From Chiloscyllium plagiosum (taxonomy: Eukaryota), in contig NC_057720.1 of assembly GCF_004010195.1 (NCBI RefSeq), positions 23,360,560-23,424,559 of the forward strand: a DNA stretch of 64,000 nucleotides, in the 5' to 3' direction. Below, one piece after another: positions 23,130-35,629 of the stretch. The position numbers and the translations under genes were made by a program. The notes under the pieces were generated by a model. The model was not told the DNA's origin. It made no database searches and worked only from the letters and a program-made list of their open reading frames with translations. The first letter of the stretch is position 1. The number at the start of each line of letters is the position of its first letter.

Positions 23130-23870
23130 GATTTGGGGATGCCGGTGTTGGACTAGGGTGTACAAAATTAAAAATCACACAACTCCAGGTTATAGTCCAA
23201 CAGGTTTATTTGGAAGCACTAGTTTTCGGAACGCTGCTCCTTCATCAGGTGGTTGTGGAGAATAAGATTGTAAGATACAGAATCTATAGCAAAAGTGATG
23301 TAACTGAAACTTTATATTAGAAAAAGACGTGGATTGTTTGTTAATTCTCTCAACTTTTAGAATGATCACGTTGGTTTCAATTCTTTCATATGTAAATCGC
23401 AAACATTTTTTTAAAAGTTACATTCTCAAGTGAACTTTAACTATCACCTGATGAAGGAGCGTCGCTCCGAAAGCTAGTATGCTTCCAATTAAACCTGTTG
23501 GACTATAACCTGGTGTTGTGTGATTTTTAACTTTGTACACCCCAGTCTAACACCGGCATCTCCAAATCATTTAACAATTGGTGTCATGTCGCCCCAGATA
23601 ATGTATTGAAGGTGTGAGCTTCCCTGTGTGAGGCTGTCTGTGCCACAATGGTCAGACTGATTCTAATCTAAAAAATTGATTTGCAGAATCTTTCATGAAT
23701 TCATGCAGTTTTTGAGCAAATTAAATGTAATTCTGCAAGTACCAATTCACCCCGCAAATTTATATGTGTATGTGTGCATGTGGATGTATGTGTGTTGGGG
23801 GCAAGGGGGAGCTGGGGGAGTTTATCAGTGTCTTTTGAGAGAGTGTGTGTATATGAGTGTGGATTAAAGT
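23130..23870 (-). mobile_element. PLE family B 3' region with an inverted copy of its own terminus at 23443-23570
   Basis: Homologous to 1280-1775. HHR motifs at about 23217-23250 (-, mutated) and 23445-23478 (+). Confidence 0.8.
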
Positions 23871-25289
23871 CTGTAAAGTGCGAGGGTTAGCAGGATAGTT
23901 GATGCACCTCATTGGCCTAAGCTGCTTGGGGAAAAATGAAAAACAGTTTTTTCCTCAGTTGCACTATTCCATTTTACTGCAGTTTATACATTTTTGTTTT
24001 GAATTTCAGCAGCATTGCTTAGCCTCCAATGAATTGTGATTGCATTAAGTTTCCATTATAAATTGAGTTGTAGGATTAATTCAAAAAACATTTTGAATAG
24101 ATACTCCTTCATGTTTTGATTCCATTTAAAGCATAATAGTTTTGGAGTAGCTTCCATTGTGAGGTATGTATATACATTCATGTTTGTCGTTAGTATGACC
24201 TTAAGTTTGGCAACTTCAGAACTCTGACAGAGTACATAAATTTACTGTGCATCGATATGTCAAAATGAAAAAGGGAGCAATGAAAAAGACTGATCTTCTG
24301 GCTAGGGCTGGAGATTGCTGAACTTACATCAAAGTCTCCAGCTGCATTTAAGAAGGACAGGAGTATGGGCCAGTTTTAGTTCAAAATGAAAAACAAAACT
24401 ATTGACATCTATTGAAAGTGAGTCAAGCTATTTTCTAACCACGTCAAAATGAGTGCTATAACCATTCAAATAAAAGTAAGCCTTGTCAGAATCATTGAGC
24501 AGAGTTTATATTTTTACAGTCAGCTAATGCAAAAAAAGCAATTCACATATTTTGGCATCCCAATTGATAATCTAAGATAGACATTCATAAATGTTCCAAT
24601 TCATTGATAAGTTTAAATTTATTCAGGTTGATGAAAATCAGTGCGAGCTTTGGCCCTTGAAAACAAATCAGTATATCTCTAAATGAAGCTGATACAACTT
24701 GAACCAGACTGTTTATTTCTAAATGAAGATCAAACAGCTGCAGCCATAAAAAGTCACTGATAATAGAACACTTGAAGGTTATTCATGATTAGTAGTAATT
24801 TACATGATTCACAGGGAGTCTTTCACAATTACTGTAATTGTAATCTTTCCCAAGAGCTCAGGGATGTTTTGCTGTGAGAATGCTGCGTATACAATGAAAA
24901 GTCATAGGATTTTATCCCTGGTCAGTCTGTAGTTAGTTATCTTTAAGGAGTGACAGTTTGGGCTCTACAGTTTGCCTCAATGCTCCAGTTTAGAGTGTGG
25001 AAAACAGCCAGGATTCCTGGGACTTGTTCGCTTGCTGGTAATCCTTATGTGTGACTATTGGTGAGGAGTGGTTTGGATTTGTTGCCATCTTTCCTCCTGA
25101 CAGAGCATCTGCCATGGCTCACACTTCAATGAGGGGCACTTGTACAAGGTAATCAAGGCTGTTAATGCCTGTGGAAATTTACCCTAATAAGGTTTGTCTG
25201 CCTCACCCCCATGAGCATCAGACTGCTCTTTGTAATGTTCAGAATTGCTTGGTCAAGAAACCTCCTTAATGACCTCCTGTGTTTTATTA

Positions 25290-25422
25290 AAAGCAAATTA
25301 CTGTGGATGCTGGAATCTGAAACCAAAAGAGAAAATGCTGGAAATCTCAGCAGGTCTGGCATCATCTGTAAGGAGAGAAAAGAGCTGACATTTTGAGTCT
25401 AACTGACCCTTTGTCAAAGCTT
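25290..25422 (-). mobile_element. Degenerate PLE terminal-repeat fragment
   Basis: GATGCTGGAATCTGAAAC..GCTGGAAATCTCAGCAGGTCTGGCATCATC, related to the termini at 18170 and 54510. Confidence 0.6.
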
Positions 25423-25837
25423 GGATCAAACTCTCTGTACTTTTCTTCTGCCCTGCATCACAACCTACACCTTATCTCAGCATTGTATTTACAGTGAAAT
25501 TGGAACTGAAAAAATTGACAGTGTGCCTTGTATTTCTCACAGTATCTGATCTTCTGCCATTAGTGCATGTCCTACCATCATTTCACTCTTCTATCACAAA
25601 TGGAATTCTCGGCTGCCTTAGCCTGAGTCCAGAAGTCCTTAAGTTCTTAAGCCTCTCCACCTCGCCACTTTTTGTATTTCAAAGTCCTCTCTTTTAGTTA
25701 TTGCTGTTAGTTTATTTCATCATAGTTTGATATCTGTTTCATTTCTGTGTCATATCAATGAATATTTCAACTCCTTAAAGACATGATATAGATGTAAAAA
25801 GTTGTTGCTTATTCATTATGATATCTTTCCTGTTTAG

Positions 25838-26907
25838 GTTATTACCTACTGCAACCATGTCAACCACGTAGACATTTCAAATGCAAAGACCTTGATGTGG
25901 AAGCAATTATCATTTCTTCACAATTGTCAAATTCAGCACATGGTTCAAGTAAAGAAATTGAGTCGTGTATGAATGAAGAGTATTTCGCTGGCCGGAAAGG
26001 TAAGCACTCCCCTTTGCAGCAAATCACCTCCAAAGATCTGAATGAGTATGCTACGAATTCTCAGAATACAACTGAACCAATTTCCAGAAAATGTACAACT
26101 GTACCTTTGGTGAGAAAGCTTAAAAGTGGGCAGCAAAAGAGTGATATTCCAAATGCAACCTGTTCTGATAATAAGTGTGCAAATCCTCTGGTGCCCATAC
26201 CAAACCATGTGCATCATGGCAATGAGCTGAAAGGTCAGGCACAAGTAATGCAGTCAAGATCAACAATTTCTGAGTGTGATGATCAGGAGAATAGCAGCTA
26301 CTGTAAAAACTCTTCCCAAGCTTGTGAACTGTCAACAGCAAAGGAACTTCTGTTTATTTCGAAAAGTAGACTATCCACCCATTCAAAAATTGAAAGGAAA
26401 AATAAACATTCAAAAACCTGCAGTGAAGAAAAGAGACATTGGAAAGAAGAGCCATTTCAAGTCCAAGCTTTATCCAAAAAATCTGTTCACTCAAGGATGT
26501 TAAACAAATTTAAAAATGGCATTGCGTGTAGCACAATGGATAAGAATAAGGATGGCAGTTGTATAAGAGAAAATCTGATCAACAAACAAATCAATGGAAA
26601 AAGTACTCCAGATTCAGATAACTCTGCAGTAGGTTTATCAGAAAGTTGTCTTAAAGTATGTTCTTTACAACCGACTCTTGACATGGCAAGAGAGGATATA
26701 AATGCGCTCTCGTATAAATCTGGCTGTGGTAAACATGATCACACAAGTGATTTTCTCCAAAGCTTATCCAAAGAAGGAATGGAATGGAAACGTCAAAATT
26801 ATCAGCCTGCTACAGTCACCCTGATGGAAGATAAGAATTCATCAGCAGAAGCATCAGAATTTATCACATTGTATGATCAACAGGAGTTTCAAGGAACACA
26901 GTCTGTG
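25838..26907 (+). CDS. Large coding exon (1070 nt) of an unidentified Ser/Lys/Asn-rich, probably disordered protein
   Basis: TTTCCTGTTTAG acceptor, open frame of more than 350 codons in unique AT-rich DNA (YYLLQPCQPRRHFKCKDLDVEAII...QEFQGTQSV), GTG|GTAAAC donor. Confidence 0.85.
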
Positions 26908-27377
26908 GTAAACATCTTATTAATTTATAATGCAATATAAAATGTCTCATAAGTGATCAATTTCTAGCCATTGACAAACCACACACCTTAATTTCAACTT
27001 ACTGTTTTTGTCTGACCTATGGGGTTAGCCTATATATCTCAGATCTGCCACTTTACTGCCATGACAGAAGTAACAACCTCCTTTTGTATTGTATCATTCT
27101 TGAATTCTACGTAACTGGCTGCACTACTTTAGTTACCTGCAGCACAGAGTGAATGCTGGTTTAATATATGAAGCTTAAGTGCAGCAATCTGCAGGGAATT
27201 AATGGTATAAAACCTATTAAGGTTCAATTTTGATGCTCAATCACTGAAGTTTTCATATTTCATTTTGTTATACAAGTCTTGCAGATTCAAATGGGAAACA
27301 TAAGTTATTATATTTCTTTGAGACCACTATCGTGTACAATTTTATCAATAAAATTTACCAGGTTCTGATCAATATCT

Positions 27378-27635
27378 GGGCAGCATGGTGGCTCAGTGGT
27401 TAGCACTGCTGCCTCACAGCACCAGGGACCCAGGTTTGATTTCCACATTGGGCAACTGTCTGTGTGGAATTTGCACATTCTCCCTGTGTCTGCATGGATT
27501 TCCTCCCATAATCCAAAAGATGTGTGGGGCAGATGAATTGGCCATTCTGGGTCTGGGTGGGTAGCTCTTCGGAGGGTCAGTGTGGACTTGTTGGGCCAAA
27601 TGGCCTGTTTCCACACTGTAGGGAATCTAATCTGA
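27378..27635 (+). mobile_element. HE1-type SINE (internally deleted)
   Basis: GGGCAGCATGGTGGCTCAGTGGTTAGC head and AATCTAATCT tail. Confidence 0.88.
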
Positions 27636-28754
27636 ATGTTTTGTATTGAACTCACTTAAAGTTGTAGTTGTGTTCTGATAAATCATGACCAAGTGAAACA
27701 ACTTTAAGCAGGTTGTAATTTTCCATCAAAATCGATAGTTGGATGCTGTAATGTAAGTGCGATAGTTGGGTGCTGTAAAATCTTCCTTGCCAGAAAAGTA
27801 AAACACATTAAAACATTATACCTGTAAGTTAAAATATTTTATATTGCTAAATTCATATTGGTAAATAAACTAACTTCCAAAATATAAAAATAAAAAGTGA
27901 ACTCTTTCTATATTCCAACCAGTCATCACCTCTTCGTCAGATTGATGCTCTCGCTTTCTGACTCTCACTTAGTCCAACTCTCTCTCTCTCTCTCTTAGAC
28001 TGTCTGACTGCTTCCCCGTTGACCTTCACCTTTGCCACTTCCATTCCCAAACACTCACTGTGAACAAGTGCTTCGGAAAGGTAGACGACAGAGAGAGAAA
28101 GCAAGTGAGGGAGTGTGATGTGCTTAGAGTGAAATGACGTATGGAATGGACAGGGATCGGGGAGAAACCTGTATGGAGGAGAATCAAGGAGGAAATTACT
28201 GAGCAGGAGGGTCAGCAGGCCAGCAGAAAACAGAGAGTGGGAGAGTGTGTTGAGGAACAGGAAAGGCCACTCCAAACTGGCGCCAATCTGATCTGGGACC
28301 AGATCTTTGCAATGCGAGTCATTGGGATAATGGTGGTAATGAGGTGTGATGAAATAAAAGTGTAAATTGTGAAAAAAAAATCAGAGAAACAGACTTTAAA
28401 AATAAATTACTTTAAAACCAAACAACAATAAGTGGGGCAAATCAAAGCAAAAGCTTACTATATTTAGTTTTTATAAATATGCCACATAGGTGAAGCAAAC
28501 TTGGCATGTGTTACAAATATAAGTCATCTTAGGTAAGAAGCTAATGAGCTAAAAAGGGATCACATATGTGTTGTATTCTTTTTATGACTTTTTAATCTGA
28601 AATCAAGTACTGGACGAACAGACATATCCTTGCTTAAATATTGGGAAGATAGACACCATTGTTTTTAGTCCCACTTCAAGCTACCAACTCCAGCCATATT
28701 CCCAGTCACATTCTCATTCTAAGCCAGTCTGTTTGCAATCTTGGTATCATACTT

Positions 28755-29115
28755 GGGCAACTGTCTATTTAGAGTTTGCACATTCTCTTGGTATCTGTGT
28801 GAGTTTCCTCCAAGTGCTCCGATTTTCTCTGAGAGAGAGAGAGTTGGACAAAGGGAGAGTCAAAGAGAGAGTTGATCTGTGGAAGAGGCGATGAGTGGGC
28901 AGAATGTCGAAAGTTAGTGCTCATTCCTTCTTTTCTATTTTTAGATGTGCGGCTTAGGTGGATTGTAGTGTCCAGGGGTTTGCAGGCTTGGTGAATTGGC
29001 CATGCTTAATGTACGATTGTGGGAATAGGTTGGGGTGCTGGGTGGGATGCTCTTTGGAGCATCAGTGTGGACTCCATAGGCCAAATTGCCTCTTTCAACA
29101 CTGTAAGGATTCTAT
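28755..29115 (+). mobile_element. Degenerate HE1-type SINE interrupted by GA-rich sequence
   Basis: GGGCAACTGTCT..GAGTTTGCACATTCTC and tail CAACACTGTAAGGATTCTAT. Confidence 0.6.
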
Positions 29116-29119
29116 AATT

Positions 29120-30470
29120 TTCCCTAATCCCGCGACAAGCTTCCAATCTCATATTTGTGCCGTCACTACTGCTGCCTATTTAATTCTCAATTACAGCAGC
29201 CAACTGTGCTGCTGTTTCTGCTCATGTGGTGTGGAAATCTTTATTGATGCCTTGATTACTTGACTTGACTGTTCCAATGTACTTTTGATTGGTCATCCAC
29301 ATTCTACTCTTCATAAACTTGATGACATCCAAAACCATGCTGTCCTTGTCTTAACTCATTGCCCTACTGCCCCTTTGCATACTGACCTACACTGGCTTTT
29401 GATCAAGCAGCATTTTGAGTTTAAAATTCTCATCCCTGTTTTCAGATCCCTTCATGTATTTGTCCCTTCTCTCTCTTTAATCTCCTCTAGATAGAGAACC
29501 TTCCAAAATATCAGCTCCCTTTCAATCCTGGCCCATTGTGAATTCTGATTATTATTGCTCCACCACTAGTGGATATAGAGTCATAGAGATGTACAGAATG
29601 AAAACAGACCCTTCGGTCTAACTGGTCCATACTGACCAGATATCCTAACCTAATCTAGTCCCATTTTCTAACACTTGGCCCATATCCCTCTAAACCCATC
29701 CTATTCACATACTCATCCAAATGACTTTTAAATGTTGTAATTGTACCAGCCTCCACCACTTCCTCTGATAGCTCATTCCATACACGCACCACCCTCGGCG
29801 TGAAAAAGTTGCCCTTACATTTAAATCTTTCCCCTCTTACCCTAAACCTAAGCCCTCTAGTTCTGGACTCCCCCACCCCAGGGAAAATACATTGTCTATT
29901 TACCCTATCCATGCCCCTCATGATTTTGTAAACCTCTATAAGGTCACCCTTCAGCCTCCAATGCTCGCAGGACAACAGCTCTAACCAATTCAGCCTCTTC
30001 CCTATAGCTCAAATCCTCCAACCCTGGCAACATCCTTGTAAATCATTTCTGAAACCTTTCAAGTTCCACATCTTTCCGATAGGAATGAGATCAGAATTGC
30101 ACGCAGTATTCCAAAAGTGGCCTAACCAATGTCCTGTATAGCTGCAACATGACCTCCCAACTCCGATACTCACTACACTGACCAATAATGGAAAGCAAAC
30201 CAGATGCCTTCTTCACTATCCTATCTATCTGCGACTCTACTTTCAAGGATGCCTTCAGTTGCCTCCTCCCAAGGATTTAAAATTTTCTCCTTAGACCTCT
30301 GTGCCTTTCTTGCTCCATTAATCAAGTTCTTCAAAGTCCTCTCTTTGGCCAAACTTTTGTTCATCTGACTTAATATCTCTATATGTGATTTGTTATCATG
30401 CTTTGTTTCATAATGCTCCTTGGAATGTTTCATTATGTTAACAATGCTACATAAATATAAGATGTTGTAG
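29120..30470 (+). mobile_element. Old L2-like LINE 3' region (host of the CR1 at 29575)
   Basis: LHKLDDIQNHAVLVLT..PLHTDLHWLLIKQHFEFKILIPVFRSLH and tail TGCTACATAAATATAAGATGTTGTAG. Confidence 0.65.
29575..30250 (-). mobile_element. CR1 LINE 3' end
   Basis: RLKGDLIEVYKIMRGMDRVN..FFTPRVVRVWNEL. Confidence 0.92.
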
Positions 30471-30748
30471 TGATAACTTAGATCTTTGGTGCCATGTTTA
30501 ATAGTAAATGCCTATGCTTATATTTTGAAAAGGGTGAGCAGTTGATTTCATTGATCATAGACTTTGAGTTTCTTTTCATTTCAGATTTCTAGCATCCACA
30601 ACATATTGCTTTTAATAGAATACAGCACAATGTTTATCACAGTCTGTACAAACTGTAACTGTACAGTCAGCTGGCTTCCTTCTAATTGTTAAGTGACCTG
30701 ATTTTTGCACTGACAGCAGCACTTTCTTTTATCTCCTTTTACAAACAG

Positions 30749-30841
30749 GCTACAGGAGTTGTTCTTCCAGCATTCCGCCAGTATCCTTTCCAAAAAACAC
30801 TTCAACGAAATAAGCTTCAAAGTCAAGCAAAGTGGCTCCAA
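30749..30841 (+). CDS. Coding exon (ATGVVLPAFRQYPFQKTLQRNKLQSQAKWLQ)
   Basis: Long polypyrimidine tract with ACAG acceptor, CAA|GTAATG donor, 93 nt, phase 0-0. Confidence 0.7.
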
Positions 30842-31338
30842 GTAATGCACATTAAAGTACAGTTTATTAATTTGTATCAAAAGTTTAAAAGCATATTTAT
30901 ATCATGATTTAAAGCAATTTTGTCCAGCTTTTGAATTAAAACTTTATATTACGTATTATTTTGTTTCTGATTTTCATTGAAATACTTTTCTTATTTGGCA
31001 ATAAATTAAAAAGAAGTTAATTTACAAATAACAAAGAATGAGAGAAAAAAACCATTATGCATGTATCCATGCACACAAGGGAACCAGATTAGTTGAACTT
31101 GAGAACCATGGAAAATGCATTTTCACAATGTCTGTTAAAAGTATTCTTTCATAAAATTTGACTTCTATTTAGATACAAGTAAGGTCAGAATATAGTATTC
31201 ATTCAACATTACATTAGAATTTTATAAATCTTTGTTAAGTGTATAAATACAGAAAGTAATGCAACATTGCTCTTTGATTGCCAATATGGAAGATTTATAG
31301 TTAATTTAATATCTAAATATTGCATTTTTATCTTGCAG

Positions 31339-31508
31339 GAAAATAATTCTATTAAAATGTATCATTGCACTTCACGCACATCAGATGAGCAGTCAGTTCA
31401 AAACATAGCAGAGATGGCACCATCTGAAAATCATATCACTACGGCTCAATTATTGCACACTATCAGATACGGAATGCATCAAAATGAGGACATAATCCAA
31501 ATAAACAG
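31339..31508 (+). CDS. Coding exon (ENNSIKMYHC...DIIQIN)
   Basis: TTTTTATCTTGCAG acceptor in phase 0 and CAG|GTTATT donor in phase 2. Could alternatively read through to the stop at 31563. Confidence 0.65.
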
Positions 31509-31619
31509 GTTATTCTTTTATCTATTTCAAACATTAGTCCATATATACAAATCTGAAGACTAACTAGATTATCAATATGGCTGACATATTTTGTTATCAA
31601 ACTTTTATTACATTTGTAG

Positions 31620-31716
31620 CCTTTTAAAGGAAAACCACAGAACGAAAGGAATGAACAGCAAACATCTCGAAGAAGCCTTAATCCTGTACTCACGAAAGAC
31701 AAAGGAAATGCATTAA
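31620..31716 (+). CDS. Candidate terminal coding exon (S-LLKENHRT...TKEMH*)
   Basis: TTTGTAG acceptor, phase 2 matches, TAA at 31714-31716, AATAAA downstream at about 32027 and 32142. Confidence 0.5.
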
Positions 31717-33834
31717 GCTGTAAACAGATAACTTCTAAAAAGAAATGTTGTAAAATTTCAATTTTTTTTCATAAACAGTTCGATAATTCCATTTCATTAT
31801 ACCAGTTATTTTTAAAATTTCCCAATGATAGGATGGCTTACGTGTGTATTTTGTGTGTTTTACTAAGTGACATGTGACATCAATATTAATACAAAGGAAG
31901 AAGAACAACATTAAGCAATGCAGACTTTACCTACGAATTTGGGAGGGATATAAGTTTTACAAAAAAACTTTGCAATCATTATGCATTACTAATCTGCTTT
32001 GTAACTCCTGTTTCACCTGTTTTTTGAATAAAATCCTGCTTTACTGTCCTTAGAGTGTGCTGGATTGATTTGTCTTATCAGCATCTCCATTGATTTTTAT
32101 GTTTTACCTTCTTAAAATGACTGTCAAATGAACTTCACAGAAATAAATAAAAGCTTCACCAATTATCACTATTGTAACTTTGAGAATAACAGTCATCATG
32201 ATGGTGAAGCCCATGAAAATATAATGAACTCCAACATAACTTGAAAATGTACATGTATTTCAGTTCTGCTGGTAAATTAGAATTCAGTGTAATTGGTTTG
32301 TGGAATACTTACTACCTGTACTGTATTTGTATTATAATTTTATCAATATTTTTAAAAATGTACCAAGTCATATAAACCGTGGTTAAAGGATAGTGCATTA
32401 TTGTAGATCAACAAAGTACCCTTCACTTCCAAACAAATGTTTAGTTATCTTTCCAAATGTTTTAATAGAACGCCTGTCCATTGCTAATGTGACTAGCAAT
32501 CTTTTGTCAGTCTAGATGATGAGTGTCACTGGAAAATATAGTGGGGTGGAGCAGATCAAACTTGTGCCTGAACTTACTATTTTCTAATGCTCACACACCA
32601 ACATCAGTTGGAATATGTCACTATACAGTAATCACAACTCAGAATCTTTTGCTCGTTTCCCTCTTCACCACAAATCCCACCAGCGATGCTTAAGACTAAC
32701 TTCTTTATCACTGCCTCAGTTATCATCAGGGATCAATGCAGCAATCTGTCAAACATCACCCAGTTCATTACTTACTAGATCTTGAGGGAGTTCATATTAT
32801 GACTTTTGAATGGTCATATATTCAATAGCTGGGGAATTACCAGGAAGAAATTTAAATGGAATTGGTTATCAATACATGGTGTTGAACATTGTTCAGAGAA
32901 CATATTGAAAGCAAAATGTAACAAAATCATAGAATGTTACTGTTGTAATTGTTTCAGATAGCAAAACAATCTTTCTTGTACATACAATTTTATAAATAAC
33001 ATAATGTATTTACTATAAAATTGGATGAATAATTACAATCTTATTTAAGTTTTAATGGGATAGAAGAGAAGCTGATTGAATTTCCCTTTTGGTAAAATTA
33101 ATAAGGCAGTATCTTGCACTGAATTGTACAATAAAAAAATTCCAACGTAATTGCAGAATTAAAGTAAAGCATTATTGTGTTGTTCAGCTTTGAATTACTT
33201 TAGCATACTCATAGTGACAGAAATAAAATTTACTAACAGCCATAAGGACAAAGAAAAATGGTAATTATATAAATCACAATGCTTTTCATGCAGTATTGCT
33301 TAACAAATATTCATTATTTCTTGCAGCACAAAGAATACAAAATAGGCATTTCTTTCAAAAAGATTCCTGTATATATTGTTTATTTTTAAAAAAGCATCGA
33401 TTGCACCTGAAAGTTTAGATTAGCTTATGCGTTGCATGGTTTAGAAATAACCAGAAAGAGTTGGAACATTAATCTGTGCAAGGAAAAAGAGAGAGACACA
33501 GAAAATGCCAAATGTACACTTTCTGTCCCTTCAATATGATGCAATGTGCTTCAATTATTACAAATGTCCTGTTTAGCTACCAAAATCACTTTTATCTTGT
33601 GAACGAATAACCAGTATGGTGAATGTGTCATATTAAGTGAGACTGTATCTTGGATTTCATCCCAAATGTGACCACTGAAAGGTAAATAATGAAGATGCCC
33701 AATGTGCAGACCAAGCTTGTGTTTAGAAGATCATGTGACTTCTGCAAAGGAATGATTCTGAAAAATAGAAAATGGTTGACATTTAATTCCATTAACTCTG
33801 AATACAGTGACACATGTTGCATCGTTAGCAATCG

Positions 33835-34185
33835 AATAGAGTCATACAGCCCAGAAACAGAACCTTCGGTCCATCTTGCCTGCACCAACCAGACATCCCA
33901 ATCTGATCTAGTCCCATCTACCAGTATTTGGCCCATATCCTGCTCAATCATTCCTATCTATATACATATCCAGATGCCTTCTAAATGTTGTAATTGTACC
34001 AGCCTCTACCACTTCATCTGGCAGCCTATTCCATACACTCACCGCCCTCTGCGTGAAAAAGTTACCCCTCAGGTCCTTTTTAAATCTTTCTCTTGTCTAT
34101 GTCCTCTAATTTTGGACTCACCCACCGCAGGGAAAGTGACTTTAGCTATTTACCCTATCATGCCCCTCAGGATTTTATAAACCAC
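33835..34185 (-). mobile_element. CR1 LINE 3' end
   Basis: Homologous to the copies at 2996 and 29575. Confidence 0.85.
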
Positions 34186-34900
34186 TATACATAAACTTCT
34201 AATTCTTCCATTTAACCTGCTTGCAATTTTTCAAAAAATTATATCTGCAGCATCACTTTTCAGAACATACTATTTAAATGTTGATATAAATGAATCTATC
34301 TTGGAGGCTGGGTTCATTAAATGAGTAACTTAATTTGATATATGTAGTTATAAATTGCAATCAACATGTAGCATTAGATAACATTGTTACAGTTTAACCT
34401 GTTGATTTAAACAATGAAAATAAATCAAATCTGTTAAAATCACAAAGTTCTGATGAATGAACAGTATTAATCAATTTGTTAAAAATAGTGCATCACATTT
34501 GCATCCCTGATTATGGGAATATCACATAATCTCTGTTTGCAACCATACAATTTCCAGAATTGCAACATTTCACACATATTGCATTGGCATGAAAATGCAG
34601 TCTGAAGAATATTTATGCATTTCATAGTTCTAAAATGAGGACTTCAGATGATCAAAATAAATTGTAAATTAAGTAGCAGATTCCAAGTTTCCATTTCTTT
34701 GTAGGAATGCACCATAGATAGAGGTTGCACAACAGTTTTCAAGCCACTCAATACCAAACAGTAAATCAAATAGTTGTGATAGATTACCAACCAAAGAACA
34801 ATTCTATTCAGTAGGGTGTTCTTAGTCAGTCTTTTTCGTAGAAAAATGGATGATCAAAGGAGCAAAGGATGTCGAAACAGAAGTAGGCCATTTGATCCAT

Positions 34901-35162
34901 TGAGTCAATGACATCTACATAACAGTTTGAAATCCTTATTAATTAAATATCTGTCTTGCTGAGCCTTCAATGTACTCAACAATGCGGCTTGATACCCCTA
35001 GTGAAAACTGACTCAGCTTCTATTGAGTTCACTTCATCTACATAATAGTTTCTCACAATGTTTGAATTCCTTATTAATTGAAAATCTGTCAGTCTCAGCC
35101 TTGAATATACTTAACAACCTAGCTCGACACCCCCTGTCAGAACTGACTCAGCGTTTTATTGA
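34901..35162. repeat. Diverged tandem duplication (about 125-135 bp x2)
   Basis: CATCTACATAA..TTGAAWTCCTTATTAATT..ATCTGTC..AGCCTT..AACTGACTCAGC occurs twice. Confidence 0.8.
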
Positions 35163-35629
35163 CAAATTGCAACATTACTCGAATATTTGAAGGCTGCAAT
35201 TAAATTACATTAATGTGATGTACACTATGGGATTTCTGTATGTATATAAATGTTATTTATTATAATTTTGGGTTTTGTGTTGGTAACCAAAGCATTTTCT
35301 ATGTGTCAGGTCGACTTGTAAGTAATTCTGTAACCATGAGTGATTTATTTTAAAGCTGTTTTGAAGTCTGGCTTTAGAGCTAATATGTTTTGTGCACAAC
35401 TGATGGAATTTTATTTGTTAGATTGTTTTACAGACCAGAAAGTTAAAGGGCCTCAAGGTTCATTAGAGATTTCTAGAATGTTTTTGTTTTAAGCTTAGGG
35501 GAAACACCTAAATCTTAAAGAGGGAGATTTTATGTAAACCTGTGAAATCCTTATAATAGTGTGATTGTATAGGTCCATGATTTTAAGAAGGGCAAGATAT
35601 GTCAAGAACTAGTTTACCTTAGAGTGCGA

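Noticed and set aside
24011..24480. Splice-like signals (acceptor 24010, donors 24164 and 24476)
   Set aside because: All frames I tried contain stops, and none fits the exon chain.
24860..25190. Possible ancient SINE remnant
   Set aside because: Too degenerate, with no second copy in the window to support it.
27733..27778. Two copies of CGATAGTTGGRTGCTGTAA
   Set aside because: Trivial local slippage duplication.
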